From: a virus
Taxonomy: Duplodnaviria; Caudoviricetes
Length of the DNA stretch: 64,000 nt
Virus record (IMG/VR): IMGVR_UViG_3300037418_001071
Coordinates: 440-64,439 of that record
Direction: 5' to 3' (one strand)
Positions 44,781 through 53,799 of this stretch are shown one piece after another; the first letter of the stretch is position 1, and each line of letters opens with the position of its first letter. The notes beneath the pieces were generated by a model that worked only from the letters and a program-made list of their open reading frames with translations, did not search any database and was not told the origin of the DNA. The position numbers and the translations under genes are program-made.

Positions 44781-45319
44781 ACGCGACTCCGGTTCAGGCT
44801 TTGGAGTTCAGCCGCAACATGCTGACCTCTAAACGGCACCTCAGGATTGAAGCTGTGATACACCCGCTTTGCTTCTTTGTATGCTTCAAAAGCCAACTCC
44901 GCTGTATCGTAAAGCCCCAAATGCTTTTTCTTCCCCAAATGGTTAATACGTGCGCAATATTTCTTATGTCGTTTATTAAAATAGACGCCCATAAATCCAG
45001 AACTGTTTGAACAATATCGCGCTCTGTTCTGCGAGTTTTCCGCCGGTGTTGCCTTGCGCAAATTCAGAATTCTGTTATCTGCCCTGTCTCCATTGATGTG
45101 ATCTATTTCGCTCTCTGGAAACTCCCCATGCACATAAAGCCAGGCCAGCCTGTGCGCAACATAAAGCTTATTGTTAATTCCTATTCTGATGTAACCATTT
45201 GGCATGCTAGTCCTTGCAGGAGCTCCGGCCTTAACATTTCCCCTACTAATACGCCAAGTAAATTCGCCAGTATCAGAATCGTAATTGAGTAGCGATTTCA
45301 AATGATCTTGCGTCAGCAT
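44777..45319 (-). CDS. HNH-AP2 homing endonuclease
   Basis: HRLAWLYVHGEFP..IDHINGDRADNRILNLR..N; AP2-like C-terminus; visibly AT-richer than flanks. Confidence 0.9.
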   Translation of the reverse strand: MLTQDHLKSLLNYDSDTGEFTWRISRGNVKAGAPARTSMPNGYIRIGINNKLYVAHRLAWLYVHGEFPESEIDHINGDRADNRILNLRKATPAENSQNRARYCSNSSGFMGVYFNKRHKKYCARINHLGKKKHLGLYDTAELAFEAYKEAKRVYHSFNPEVPFRGQHVAAELQSLNRSRV

Positions 45320-45371
45320 TCGAAGCTCCTAAATTTCGTTGTTACCGCCCTGTGTACGGGCGGGTTCATAC

Positions 45372-45527
45372 TCAGTCGTCCAGCGCCGCGTCCAGAAACA
45401 AGCAGGCAAAGAACGCAGCCCACCCGTATTCCGCGTTGTGTACGCTAATCCCGACCAACGCGGCATACAGCAACTTCGTGACCGGTGAGAGCGCGTTTAA
45501 GGTGTCGCGGATAGTTTCGATTCTCAT
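45372..45527 (-). CDS. Small membrane protein
   Basis: 51-aa hydrophobic ORF translated by hand. Confidence 0.4.
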   Translation of the reverse strand: MRIETIRDTLNALSPVTKLLYAALVGISVHNAEYGWAAFFACLFLDAALDD

Positions 45528-45583
45528 GTCTGCCTTTCAGGTAGGTGCTGCGGTTGGCTGCGCTCGCGCGCGGAATGGTCTCG

Positions 45584-46924
45584 TCAGTTGAATCCGCCGC
45601 GGCTTGCGGCCAAACGTGGGCCGGGTTGCGGCGCGCGGCGGTGCCAGCGGTACGGCAGATCCTCGAACCGCGTTTGCGCCCCGATGTACTGCAGGCCGAC
45701 GACGCCGGGACATCCCTGACGCTGCTTCGCGCCGATCCACTCACAGATACCTTTGTCCTGCGTCTCCGGATTCCAGAGCTCGTCGCGATACAGGAAGATG
45801 ATGTTGGCGGCGTCCTGCTCGATGTAGCCAGACACGCCGAGGTCCGACATAATCGGGCGCTTGTCTCCGCGCTTCTCGCACTCGCGGTTCAACTGGGCCA
45901 ACAGGATGATTGCTGCGTCCAGTTCCTTGCCGATGGCGATCAGACCGCGCGTGTATTCGCCCATTGCCTCGTGCAGCTTGTCGGACTTGGATCCAGTGAT
46001 GAACGACAACTGGTCGATGCAGAGCATGTCCAGGCCGCGCTGCCGCTTAATCTGGCGTGCCTTCGCGCGGATCTCGGGAATGCTCAACCCGGTCTGGTCG
46101 TCGATGAACAGGTTCAGGTTGCGAGAGTTGATCGTCGCCGCCGTGATGGCCTCCCAGCGCGCCGTGTCGTCGTGACCTTCACCCGGCCGGCGCAGCCACT
46201 TCATGTCGACGTGGGCGAGCGCCGCGATGTTGCGGTCGTTGACCTGGTTCGTCGACATCTCCATCGACAGGAACAGGGACGAGTAATCGCGCGCGGCATT
46301 GCGGCAGATCCCGAGGCCGGCGGCAGTCTTGCCGGTACCGGGCCGGCCGGCGATGACGGTCAGCGTGCCACGCTCAAGGCCACCATCCAGCATCTCGTCC
46401 ACGTGCTGGTATCCGGTTGGAATCGGGCGAATCTTCCCCTCCATACGGTGCTGCAGCAGGGTCAGGTATTCGTGCAGCGTCTCGTCGAGCCGGCGCGGGC
46501 TCTTCGTCATCCTGCGCTGCCCCATCGCATCCAGCCTGGCAGCGGCATCGGCGATGCACTCGGTGCTGTCCTTGCCCGATTCGGCATCGGCAGCCAGATC
46601 GATCGACAGAGCATGCAACGCGCGCTTCGTCGCCTTCTCGATCACGATGCCGGCGTGGTAGGCGATCTTCGAACTACTTGGCGCAGAGGCGTGCAACTGG
46701 CCAAGGTACGGGAACAGTTCGGCGTCCAGGCGCTCGGCCAGCGTGATCGCGTCGACGCGCTTGCCGGCGGCGAGTTGCTTCGTGATCTCCGTGAATATCG
46801 TCCGGTGGTCGCCGCGGTAGAAGTGGCCGGCATCCAGTTCCGGGATCTGGTCGAAAGCGTCGTTGTCGCGCAGGATTGCGCCCAGAACGGCCTGCTCGGC
46901 TTCGATGTTGAACTGGTCGATCAT
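45584..46924 (-). CDS. dnaB: Replicative DNA helicase
   Basis: EAEQAVLGAIL; AGRPGTGKT; SMEM; IDQL; QLNR; SGYIEQDAA; KQRQG. Confidence 0.95.
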   Translation of the reverse strand: MIDQFNIEAEQAVLGAILRDNDAFDQIPELDAGHFYRGDHRTIFTEITKQLAAGKRVDAITLAERLDAELFPYLGQLHASAPSSSKIAYHAGIVIEKATKRALHALSIDLAADAESGKDSTECIADAAARLDAMGQRRMTKSPRRLDETLHEYLTLLQHRMEGKIRPIPTGYQHVDEMLDGGLERGTLTVIAGRPGTGKTAAGLGICRNAARDYSSLFLSMEMSTNQVNDRNIAALAHVDMKWLRRPGEGHDDTARWEAITAATINSRNLNLFIDDQTGLSIPEIRAKARQIKRQRGLDMLCIDQLSFITGSKSDKLHEAMGEYTRGLIAIGKELDAAIILLAQLNRECEKRGDKRPIMSDLGVSGYIEQDAANIIFLYRDELWNPETQDKGICEWIGAKQRQGCPGVVGLQYIGAQTRFEDLPYRWHRRAPQPGPRLAASRGGFN

Positions 46925-47646
46925 GCTGCCTCCCCGAACAGCCCGGCCTGCTCTTGCTCGACCGGTTCACGCGCGAACAGTTGGCCTTGCGCGGCGGCTT
47001 GATCGATGCGCTCGCATGCGATGTCGAAGAAGCGTTGTTCGATCTCGATCCCGATGTATCGGTACCCGCTGCGGACTGCTGCCACGCCAAGCGAGCCGCT
47101 TCCCATGTATGGGTCTAGGATCGTAGCGCCGGCCGGCAGCTTGCACTGCTCAATGACCCAAGCCAGCATCGCTACAGGCTTCTGTGCCGGGTGCAGCCTC
47201 ACGGCGCCACGTGACACGTTCTCCTCGCCGCTGCGAACCATGCCGCGCCATTTCTGCGAGAACAGCCGGGCCGGGCCCTTGAGGTTCGTCCAGGCCAACT
47301 CGCAATCGGCGCAACTGTCCGAAGTGCCGCCGTCGCGCTTGTCCCAGACCAGCCAACACGAAGCGTCCGGCAGGCGGCTGCCAAAGTGGTTACCTCCGAA
47401 GAGCACAATCTTTTCGTAGGCCAGCCAAGGCAGAGGGTCAAATGCCTGGTCGTCACCCACGATGTCGAAGCCGTAGTTCGTGCCCTCGTTCCAGCGGTTG
47501 CGGCCGGTACCGCTCAGCTTTGCGAGATTGATGCCGTAGGGCGGATCGGCGATCAGCGCATCGACGTGTTCAAGCGTCGGCGCGATCTCCACGCAGTTGC
47601 CTCGATACAGCGTCGCTTCTCCGATGATGACTTTTTCGTAGCTCAT
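46921..47646 (-). CDS. DNA adenine/N4-cytosine methyltransferase (orphan)
   Basis: DPPYG catalytic motif; HPAQKP; DPYMGSGS SAM-binding motif. Confidence 0.9.
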   Translation of the reverse strand: MSYEKVIIGEATLYRGNCVEIAPTLEHVDALIADPPYGINLAKLSGTGRNRWNEGTNYGFDIVGDDQAFDPLPWLAYEKIVLFGGNHFGSRLPDASCWLVWDKRDGGTSDSCADCELAWTNLKGPARLFSQKWRGMVRSGEENVSRGAVRLHPAQKPVAMLAWVIEQCKLPAGATILDPYMGSGSLGVAAVRSGYRYIGIEIEQRFFDIACERIDQAAAQGQLFAREPVEQEQAGLFGEAA

Positions 47647-48458
47647 GCTGCCTCCCCGTGATCTCGTTGTGCCTGCAGCCCGGTCGTCGTCAGCGCATAC
47701 GTGCCGTCGTTCGCCGCGTACCAGAGCCGGAACCAGTTGCCCTTGACAGACTTATGGAAAACCGTCGCCCAGGACTTGTAGCGCTTGGCGTCGGGCATCG
47801 TGTAGCGGTCCTTGAACTCGTACCAGTGCAGCCGCAGGAACTCGTCGGGTATGCCGACCTTCGTGGCGTAGGCAAAAACGGCATGGCCTTCAGGGATGGC
47901 CTTGATGCCGGCTTTGCGGCAGTCGTCCAGGTAGGTCTGCAACGAGATGGCTGCTTTGCGTTTCGGGCTTTCGTCTTGCTTACCCTCGTCGCCCCCCTTG
48001 GGGGGTATGGGGGGAGTAGTTGTATTGGTTATTGGTTCTTGGTTAGTTTGTGATCCGGTAGGCTGATGGATGCCACCTGCTACCGGATCGGAACCCACAG
48101 ATAACCCGCTGGGTTTTTCTGGGTTCGCTTTAGCTTTCTTAGGCCTTCCCCCCAGCTTCCCATTGGCTTGAGCTGTCTCGGCCTTCTTGTGGTACTCGGC
48201 AATCACCTGATCGCACACCTCGTTGCGATAACCGTCGTCAGTCTTCACGAACTTCAAGCGCAGGATCCGTTCGACCAGGCGGCGATCTTCGTCTGACTCA
48301 GCGCCGATTTCATCGCACAGGAGCTCTAAATCGAGCTTCAGCGGCTTTTCAGTGTCGTAGTAGATGTCCAGCATGTCGCGGTACATCCAGCGCGCCTGGC
48401 GGCTCATGTTGATGGTCCCGGAGCGGAAATCTCCGATGTGAAACGAGTAGTAATTCAC
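47643..48458 (-). CDS. Replication initiator (YdaU/DUF1376 family), probably containing the origin
   Basis: GTG start; NYYSFHIGDF...MYRDMLDIYY; internal AACCCA-type repeats near 48030-48130. Confidence 0.8.
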   Translation of the reverse strand: MNYYSFHIGDFRSGTINMSRQARWMYRDMLDIYYDTEKPLKLDLELLCDEIGAESDEDRRLVERILRLKFVKTDDGYRNEVCDQVIAEYHKKAETAQANGKLGGRPKKAKANPEKPSGLSVGSDPVAGGIHQPTGSQTNQEPITNTTTPPIPPKGGDEGKQDESPKRKAAISLQTYLDDCRKAGIKAIPEGHAVFAYATKVGIPDEFLRLHWYEFKDRYTMPDAKRYKSWATVFHKSVKGNWFRLWYAANDGTYALTTTGLQAQRDHGEAA

Positions 48459-48967
48459 TTGGCGGCCCTCCACTGCTCAGGAGTCCGACCCGATTTGCTA
48501 CGGTTGCATGGCCTGCAGGCTGTCACCAGGTTGTCGAGTGAATCCGCGCCGCCTTGGACCCTTGGTATGACGTGGTCAACTTCGAGGTGCAAGCCGGCAC
48601 TGCCGCAATAAACACAGCGGTAGTTGTCCCGTTCGAACACTTCGGCCCGGAACGCGTGGTATCCATTCAAGTTGTGCAGATCAGCCAGACGCTTGGACTG
48701 CGCCTTGTAGACCTCGATCTCACGCTCACAACGTGAGCTGGTGTGACCTGCTTCTGATTTCACAAAGAATTCAGACAGGACGTCGCACACCTCTTGCATG
48801 TGATCGCGCATGCCGATGAGACGCGCCACCTTCGCGGGATCGGCTGGCAGAGGTGCCTCGGTCGTGTAGTACAGGTCGAGCATGCGGCGATAGGCCAGGT
48901 CTTCCATGAGGCTCAGGTGGCGCGTATGGGCCGCGTAATCGCCCAGATGGAAGGGATAAAAATTCAC
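48455..48967 (-). CDS. DUF1376 N-terminal domain fused to HNH endonuclease
   Basis: NFYPFHLGDY..LAYRRMLDLYY then CVYCG..EVDHVIP..GG..NLVTACRPCNRSK. Confidence 0.85.
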   Translation of the reverse strand: MNFYPFHLGDYAAHTRHLSLMEDLAYRRMLDLYYTTEAPLPADPAKVARLIGMRDHMQEVCDVLSEFFVKSEAGHTSSRCEREIEVYKAQSKRLADLHNLNGYHAFRAEVFERDNYRCVYCGSAGLHLEVDHVIPRVQGGADSLDNLVTACRPCNRSKSGRTPEQWRAAK

Positions 48968-49203
48968 GGTTCGCTCCTCTGCTGCGTGGAGCGCAGATCG
49001 TTGGAAATCATGTTGGCCTCGCGGACCATCGCGGCTCGTCGGTCGCCAACCTGCGCTTCGTTCAAGCGGTCGCACTCTTCCTTGGCCAGCTTTTCGTTCG
49101 TCGCGCAGCCGGCCATGGTGAACACCTGCGGGGCCCCCGGCGTCGGGTAGCCGACGAGGTAATGACCGCTCTCGGTCGGGCCTCTGACTTCGTAGGTCAG
49201 CAT
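48964..49203 (-). CDS. Hypothetical protein
   Basis: MLTYEVRGP..., overlapping neighbours. Confidence 0.5.
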   Translation of the reverse strand: MLTYEVRGPTESGHYLVGYPTPGAPQVFTMAGCATNEKLAKEECDRLNEAQVGDRRAAMVREANMISNDLRSTQQRSEP

Positions 49204-49490
49204 GATTCGCCCTCGGCGGCTTTCAGCAGATCCATCTGGCGCGGATCGCTCTTGTCGATGACGTAGATGACGGACCAGCCTTCCGGTGCCGCATCGTCGC
49301 AATCCACTTGACCTGCTTCCACGGCGAGCGCGGATGCTTGGCGACATACAGCGCTGCGCTGGCCGATAAACAGACATCCTTGGCAGTCGGCGTACACAGG
49401 CGCCCTGACGGCTTTGAAGCGGATCGTCGTGGGATCGATGGGCTCGGCGGTATCGCCTTCCCAGTTCGGGCTGAGGATGTTCGTGGTCAT
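49197..49490 (-). CDS. Hypothetical Cys-containing protein
   Basis: CQGCLF..C..C. Confidence 0.5.
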   Translation of the reverse strand: MTTNILSPNWEGDTAEPIDPTTIRFKAVRAPVYADCQGCLFIGQRSAVCRQASALAVEAGQVDCDDAAPEGWSVIYVIDKSDPRQMDLLKAAEGESC

Positions 49491-49491
49491 G

Positions 49492-49914
49492 TCAGTAGTA
49501 CCCCGCGTTCATGTGCTCGACCGCATAGCAGCGCAGTACTTCCGCCATTTCCTTCTTGAAGTCGAAGCCCTCGATTGCGGGTACCGGGATGCCCGCTTGA
49601 CGGATAGCAGCCAACATGCAGGCCGGACATCCGCCGGCCGCTTCGCGAAGCTTCGGAATCGCAGCATCGACCGTCGCCATGAAGGCGACAAACTCCTCAC
49701 CCCAGCCGGGCGTCGGACCAGACGGAAGGATCGCCACCAGCGCCCGCAAGCCCTCGGCATCCGGGCCGTTGCCTCCGTCGATCAGCCGGCAGGTGCGGCA
49801 TGAGCGTGCGGGGTTCATCGTGCAATGGCGCTCGTGCTTGATCATCGAGTGAGCACGAAGGCCGGCGCGGTTGCAGAAGTCGCACCAGAAGCGTTTTACG
49901 GTTTTCGTTCTCAT
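49492..49914 (-). CDS. Hypothetical Zn-finger protein
   Basis: WCDFC..HERHC..CRTC; GCPACMLAA. Confidence 0.6.
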   Translation of the reverse strand: MRTKTVKRFWCDFCNRAGLRAHSMIKHERHCTMNPARSCRTCRLIDGGNGPDAEGLRALVAILPSGPTPGWGEEFVAFMATVDAAIPKLREAAGGCPACMLAAIRQAGIPVPAIEGFDFKKEMAEVLRCYAVEHMNAGYY

Positions 49915-50366
49915 GGCATAAGCCCCATTGCGCGCAGAATGACGTGCGTACGGTCTCGTGCGTAGTCGAAGAGGCGCTGCAGGTCGTCCATCGACATGCC
50001 GGCCGGTCGCGGCGCGCGGCCATCGAGAACGTCATGGCAGGAGGAGCAGCCGATGCACGCCTCGGTGTCTGGAGCCTTCAGGCCCATGCCCTTGCCGTCA
50101 ACGAGGCGGTTGGAGTGGCAGAGAACGGTCGTGGTGGAGTCGCCATTGCACACCCCGAGAATCTGCAGTTGGCAGTCCTGGCCCCGCGCGGCGCGGCGGA
50201 TAGGCGTCATCTTCGGTCCGCGCGATTTGAGGCGGGTCGGCTTCTTGGTGACTTGCTCTTTCGAGTGATCCATGCGCAGGAAGCCGCTGCGCTTCATGGG
50301 CGTCTTGCGCGCCAGCGGCGTCTTCTGCTTCAGCGTGGACGAGCGTTTCAGTTGCAGGACACTCAT
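49911..50366 (-). CDS. DUF1364/YbcO-like putative nuclease
   Basis: ARGQDCQLQI.GVCNGDSTTTVLCH..GMGLKAPD..IGCSSCHDVLDGR. Confidence 0.8.
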   Translation of the reverse strand: MSVLQLKRSSTLKQKTPLARKTPMKRSGFLRMDHSKEQVTKKPTRLKSRGPKMTPIRRAARGQDCQLQILGVCNGDSTTTVLCHSNRLVDGKGMGLKAPDTEACIGCSSCHDVLDGRAPRPAGMSMDDLQRLFDYARDRTHVILRAMGLMP

Positions 50367-50498
50367 GGCATGCCCCGCACCGGAACGATACGGCGATCCG
50401 CTTGCGTGAAGCGCTCGAAGTGGTCAGGTCGGTGATGCATGGTGCCTCCTACGGGCGTTAGGGGATGGCGCCACAGCCGCGGCGCCATCGGTGCTCGA

Positions 50499-50807
50499 TC
50501 AAACGATTGCGGGTTCTGCTGCGATGCGGCCGAAGAAGTGCTCCAGTACGTCCCAGGCCGCCGGGATCGTCGGGGCTTGCTGTTCCTTGATGAAGTAGTT
50601 GCGACGCGGAGACCGGCTTACACCAGATTGCGGACGGAGCATCCTCCAACGGACAAGGCCTTCATCCGTCAGGTCCGACAGGATTTTCAGGACCTGACGA
50701 TTCGACAGGCCGACCGCCTCCTGGATCTGGCCGGCCGTGATGCCACGGTTTGTCCTGACCATTTGCAGCACTTCGTTCCGGCTGTCGGAGCGGCATTCGT
50801 TCGTCAT
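50499..50807 (-). CDS. wHTH DNA-binding protein
   Basis: ITAGQIQEAVGLSNRQVLKILSDLTDEGLV. Confidence 0.6.
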   Translation of the reverse strand: MTNECRSDSRNEVLQMVRTNRGITAGQIQEAVGLSNRQVLKILSDLTDEGLVRWRMLRPQSGVSRSPRRNYFIKEQQAPTIPAAWDVLEHFFGRIAAEPAIV

Positions 50808-50974
50808 GGCTTTCCCCTGGTTAGATGGTCCACGGCTTTCCGCAGATTTCGTTTTGCTTCCGAATGCCTCTCGTTGGCGGCGCTCTTTTCGCCCTCCGGG
50901 GCGCCGATGGCGGATTTCTCCGTCTCGCGCCACGCGATGGCGCAGTGAATTACACGTTGTTCGGGTGTCGACAT
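50804..50974 (-). CDS. Small hypothetical protein
   Basis: MSTPEQRVIH..., 56 aa. Confidence 0.45.
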   Translation of the reverse strand: MSTPEQRVIHCAIAWRETEKSAIGAPEGEKSAANERHSEAKRNLRKAVDHLTRGKP

Positions 50975-51123
50975 AGATGGCGTCTCCGGTTCCATAGATC
51001 CCCTGCTGCGGTTTGGCTTTTGGCCCGCTTCGTGGCGGGCCGCCTTGTTTGTTATGCGGTGCTGCCTGGCTGTGTTGCCGTCGCCAGCGCGCCTGCTAGC
51101 CCGTCCATGTGTAGTGAGCGTCG

Positions 51124-51384
51124 TCAAACCCGAAGGCGAACCGGCGCGATGCCGTAATTCACCCGGGAGTGGGCGTTGGGTATGGCCATCTTCTGGCCAG
51201 TCACTGCCCATTTACCCTGGCTCTCGCCTTTAGTAGACTGACGCTGCTGTACCCAAGTGTTCGCCAACTCACGCAGGGCTTCGCTATGTGATACATCTGC
51301 ATCAGTGCACTCTTCATCAAACGCCACGAACTGGTCGGCGCTGAAAAGAGCCTTAACAACTACGTCCTTCCTGCTCTTCATCAC
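51124..51384 (-). CDS. Small regulator in CII position (RHH-like)
   Basis: VVKALFS..FDEEC...SHSEALREL; downstream of cro. Confidence 0.5.
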   Translation of the reverse strand: MMKSRKDVVVKALFSADQFVAFDEECTDADVSHSEALRELANTWVQQRQSTKGESQGKWAVTGQKMAIPNAHSRVNYGIAPVRLRV

Positions 51385-51511
51385 TCACTACTCCTATCAA
51401 GCGGTGCTACAAGGATGGGTGACTACTACTTCATGGCACTGCTAGTGCCACTGTTTCTATGAAACGTGCTACAGGATTTCGAAAACTGCTTTAAAAAGGT
51501 TGGATGACTGA

Positions 51512-51763
51512 TCAGCCAAGCGCGCGCCGCGCTTGCTGCTTCGATGTCGGCCTGATTTCCGGCCAGATGTCCATCCAGTCATCGCGCAAGTCTTTGCGCG
51601 TGACAGCGCCATCGGTGTATTGCTCGATGAGAACGCAGCGCGCGGGCGAGATTGCCGCGTCCCCGGCGGCCATTTGCGAAAGGAAAGACGGTGAGACTTC
51701 AAGTTGAGCAGCCAGGCGCGCTGACGAGCCACGCTCTGCATTCAGGTATTCACGGAGCTTCAT
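51512..51763 (-). CDS. cro: Cro-like repressor (YdaS family)
   Basis: LAAQLEVSPSFLSQMAAG..ISPARCVLIEQYTDGAVTRKDLR. Confidence 0.9.
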   Translation of the reverse strand: MKLREYLNAERGSSARLAAQLEVSPSFLSQMAAGDAAISPARCVLIEQYTDGAVTRKDLRDDWMDIWPEIRPTSKQQARRALG

Positions 51764-51793
51764 GCGACCTCTTTTCGGATGAAAACTTAACTG

Positions 51794-51859
51794 GTTTAGA
51801 GAACTCTAAACCACGAGGCGCACAAAGTCAAGCATTTGCTTGTTTAGGGAATGCTAATC
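51794..51859. promoter_or_regulatory. OR operators and pR
   Basis: GTTTAGAG-AA-CTCTAAAC (51794-51811); GTTTAG-N6-CTAATC (51842-51859); pR on minus strand TTGACT (51826-51831)-17-TAGAGT (51803-51808). Confidence 0.8.
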
Positions 51860-51870
51860 AGAATACAAGG

Positions 51871-52251
51871 ATGCATATCGTAGACATCCGACGCGCAAAG
51901 CTACGTCAGTGGTTCGCCGCGCGATCCATCCCGGCTAAGGAAAAAAGCTATATCTCCCAGCTTCTGAAGGAGGGCAACTCCTTTGGCGAGCGCGCAGCCC
52001 GGCGCCTAGAGCAAACATACGGGATGGGGGAAATGTACCTCGATACCCTCGAAGAACCCAATGACCAGAGCGTCACGCCGCACAACATGGTTTCGCTCAT
52101 GAATCCGGCTCCTGGGCCCGACGTACTGCTTCAAGCCATCCGACTGCTGGAGTTATTTCACGGAACTGATGAGCGCGGGCGCTCGGACATGCTCCGCCTG
52201 GCCGAGAGCCTGTGTCGGCCGAGTCTGAACGTTCGAGGCAACGAGGGTTAG
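51871..52251 (+). CDS. cI: CI-like repressor lacking the S24 peptidase domain
   Basis: Divergent from cro; YISQLLK..SFGERAARRLEQTYGM HTH; only 126 aa. Confidence 0.75.
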   Translation: MHIVDIRRAKLRQWFAARSIPAKEKSYISQLLKEGNSFGERAARRLEQTYGMGEMYLDTLEEPNDQSVTPHNMVSLMNPAPGPDVLLQAIRLLELFHGTDERGRSDMLRLAESLCRPSLNVRGNEG

Positions 52252-52392
52252 CAGGGTATCCTGCTTACGTCTGTCAGCCTGTTTCCTGGGGTGATCCTGG
52301 GCCATCTGCTCGGCCCATCGGAGAATCTCATCCTGCGCACGATCGTCCATTAAGGCGAATGCTGCATTCCACCGCTTAGTCTTATTTGGCAT
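52153..52392 (-). CDS. Small protein resembling the CI C-terminal domain (candidate antirepressor)
   Basis: FALMDDRAQDEILRWAEQM aligns with CI FHGTDERGRSDMLRLAESL. Confidence 0.55.
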   Translation of the reverse strand: MPNKTKRWNAAFALMDDRAQDEILRWAEQMAQDHPRKQADRRKQDTLLTLVASNVQTRPTQALGQAEHVRAPALISSVK

Positions 52393-52628
52393 GATGTCTC
52401 TTATACGGATGGCAACTAAGAATAAATGCTATAGAAATCTAAATGTTGCATATTCGGAAATAGAGAGGTATTCCCGCTTTACTTTCGTTTTTTGATAGCC
52501 CAAAAACATTGCTTCCCTATAGAAAGCATACTTAACGGCAAAATCGATTTTACGTTTTGTGCTGGATTCTGGTGGCATATCTGCCACCAAAAACAACACT
52601 TTATTCTTCTGTCGCGCAAAATCGCGCG

Positions 52629-52844
52629 ATGGAAATTTCCAAAGACCAAGAATTAGTCAAGAAGACACTTCGTCTTCCTCGTGCGCTTAATGATGAGATC
52701 CAAGCTGCAGCGGATGCTCGTGGCGTGTCACTTAACGCAGAAATCGTCTCGAGACTACAGTCCTCGTTCAGGGCGGATGAGCTTGCCAGGCTGAGCAGCG
52801 AAGTCGCAGAGATGAAAGCGCTGATTCGCCAGCTGCTCGCATAG
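52629..52844 (+). CDS. Arc-family ribbon-helix-helix protein
   Basis: KTLRLPRALNDEIQAAADARGVSLNAEIVSRL. Confidence 0.8.
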   Translation: MEISKDQELVKKTLRLPRALNDEIQAAADARGVSLNAEIVSRLQSSFRADELARLSSEVAEMKALIRQLLA

Positions 52845-53130
52845 CTCGGGCGACCCGTCCGCAGCAAACATTATTCGATGGCATTGGCGTCATATCGAAA
52901 GGTGCGCCGGATGCGCTGTAGCCGTTAGCATCGTCATCCCCTCCCACATTCGTCAAATTCATTGTTTTTGACCCGTAGACAATCATCGCACTCATCCAAA
53001 AACGATCTATTACCTCATTGCAATCGATTCCAGTAACAGCGTGCAATCATATTCATCAAACCATACACGATACTTACAGTCAATATACTAATATTGCCTG
53101 ACTCACAAAATCGTGTAGTGAGCGCCAAAG

Positions 53131-53150
53131 TACTGTATGTCTATACAGTG
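53131..53150. promoter_or_regulatory. LexA (SOS) box
   Basis: TACTGTATGTCTATACAGTG fits CTGT-N8-ACAG with TA-rich spacer. Confidence 0.8.
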
Positions 53151-53288
53151 TAGGTCAGTTTAGCGTACTACACTTCCAATGTGTAGTTCCGCGTGAAAAT
53201 TCTTCGTGCCGGAACGACGCCGCGCGCGACACGTCTTTCGACCGTTGCAATCCCCTAAAATTTTTTCTCTAAACTGTTTATATTTCGC

Positions 53289-53317
53289 TTGACGAGGAGT
53301 TTAGCGCACACTAAACT
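53289..53317 (+). promoter_or_regulatory. pL promoter with OL operator
   Basis: TTGACG-17-TAAACT; GTTTAG-N6-CTAAAC at 53299-53316 matches the OR palindrome. Confidence 0.8.
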
Positions 53318-53360
53318 GTGTTCACTGATTCAGCACTTGCAAAACCTTGGAGCAGAAATC

Positions 53361-53495
53361 ATGGACATCAGCAAAACCCACTACCAGTTCAGGCGCGCAA
53401 TGGCCGTAATCGCCGCGCCCGTGATGCGCCTGACCGGCTTCCGCTTCTCGAAGGCCTGGCGCGGGAATCCGGTCACGATGAAGTTCCCGGCCTAA
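53361..53495 (+). CDS. First early gene, small hypothetical
   Basis: RBS GGAG; 44 aa. Confidence 0.5.
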   Translation: MDISKTHYQFRRAMAVIAAPVMRLTGFRFSKAWRGNPVTMKFPA

Positions 53496-53799
53496 GCCAT
53501 GAAAACCGCGATCTCCTACGCCGCAGCGTGCCTCCTTGCTGCACTGCTCGCCACGGTGGCTGGCAACCACCTCGCCTGGTGGACTCAGCACATGGCTGAA
53601 CAAATCCTGTTGCCCCTGAAAGCTCACTAATCGGAGTCGATCATGTCCTTACCGTCGAAAGAGCAGGTCCGCGAGTGGATGCAGCAACGTCAGCAGCAAA
53701 GGACTGTCCCGCCGGCGCCGGCCGAAGTGCGGCGCCAACTTGGGTGGGGCCTGAACGTCCCGGCCAAAAACACCAACTGCGATCGCTGAGGAGGATGTC

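Noticed and set aside
45545-47002. 485-aa plus-strand ORF
   Set aside because: Antisense shadow of dnaB
52768-53046. 92-aa minus-strand ORF as an SOS-controlled antirepressor
   Set aside because: No recognisable features, weak RBS, overlaps the Arc gene antisense; not supported as a gene
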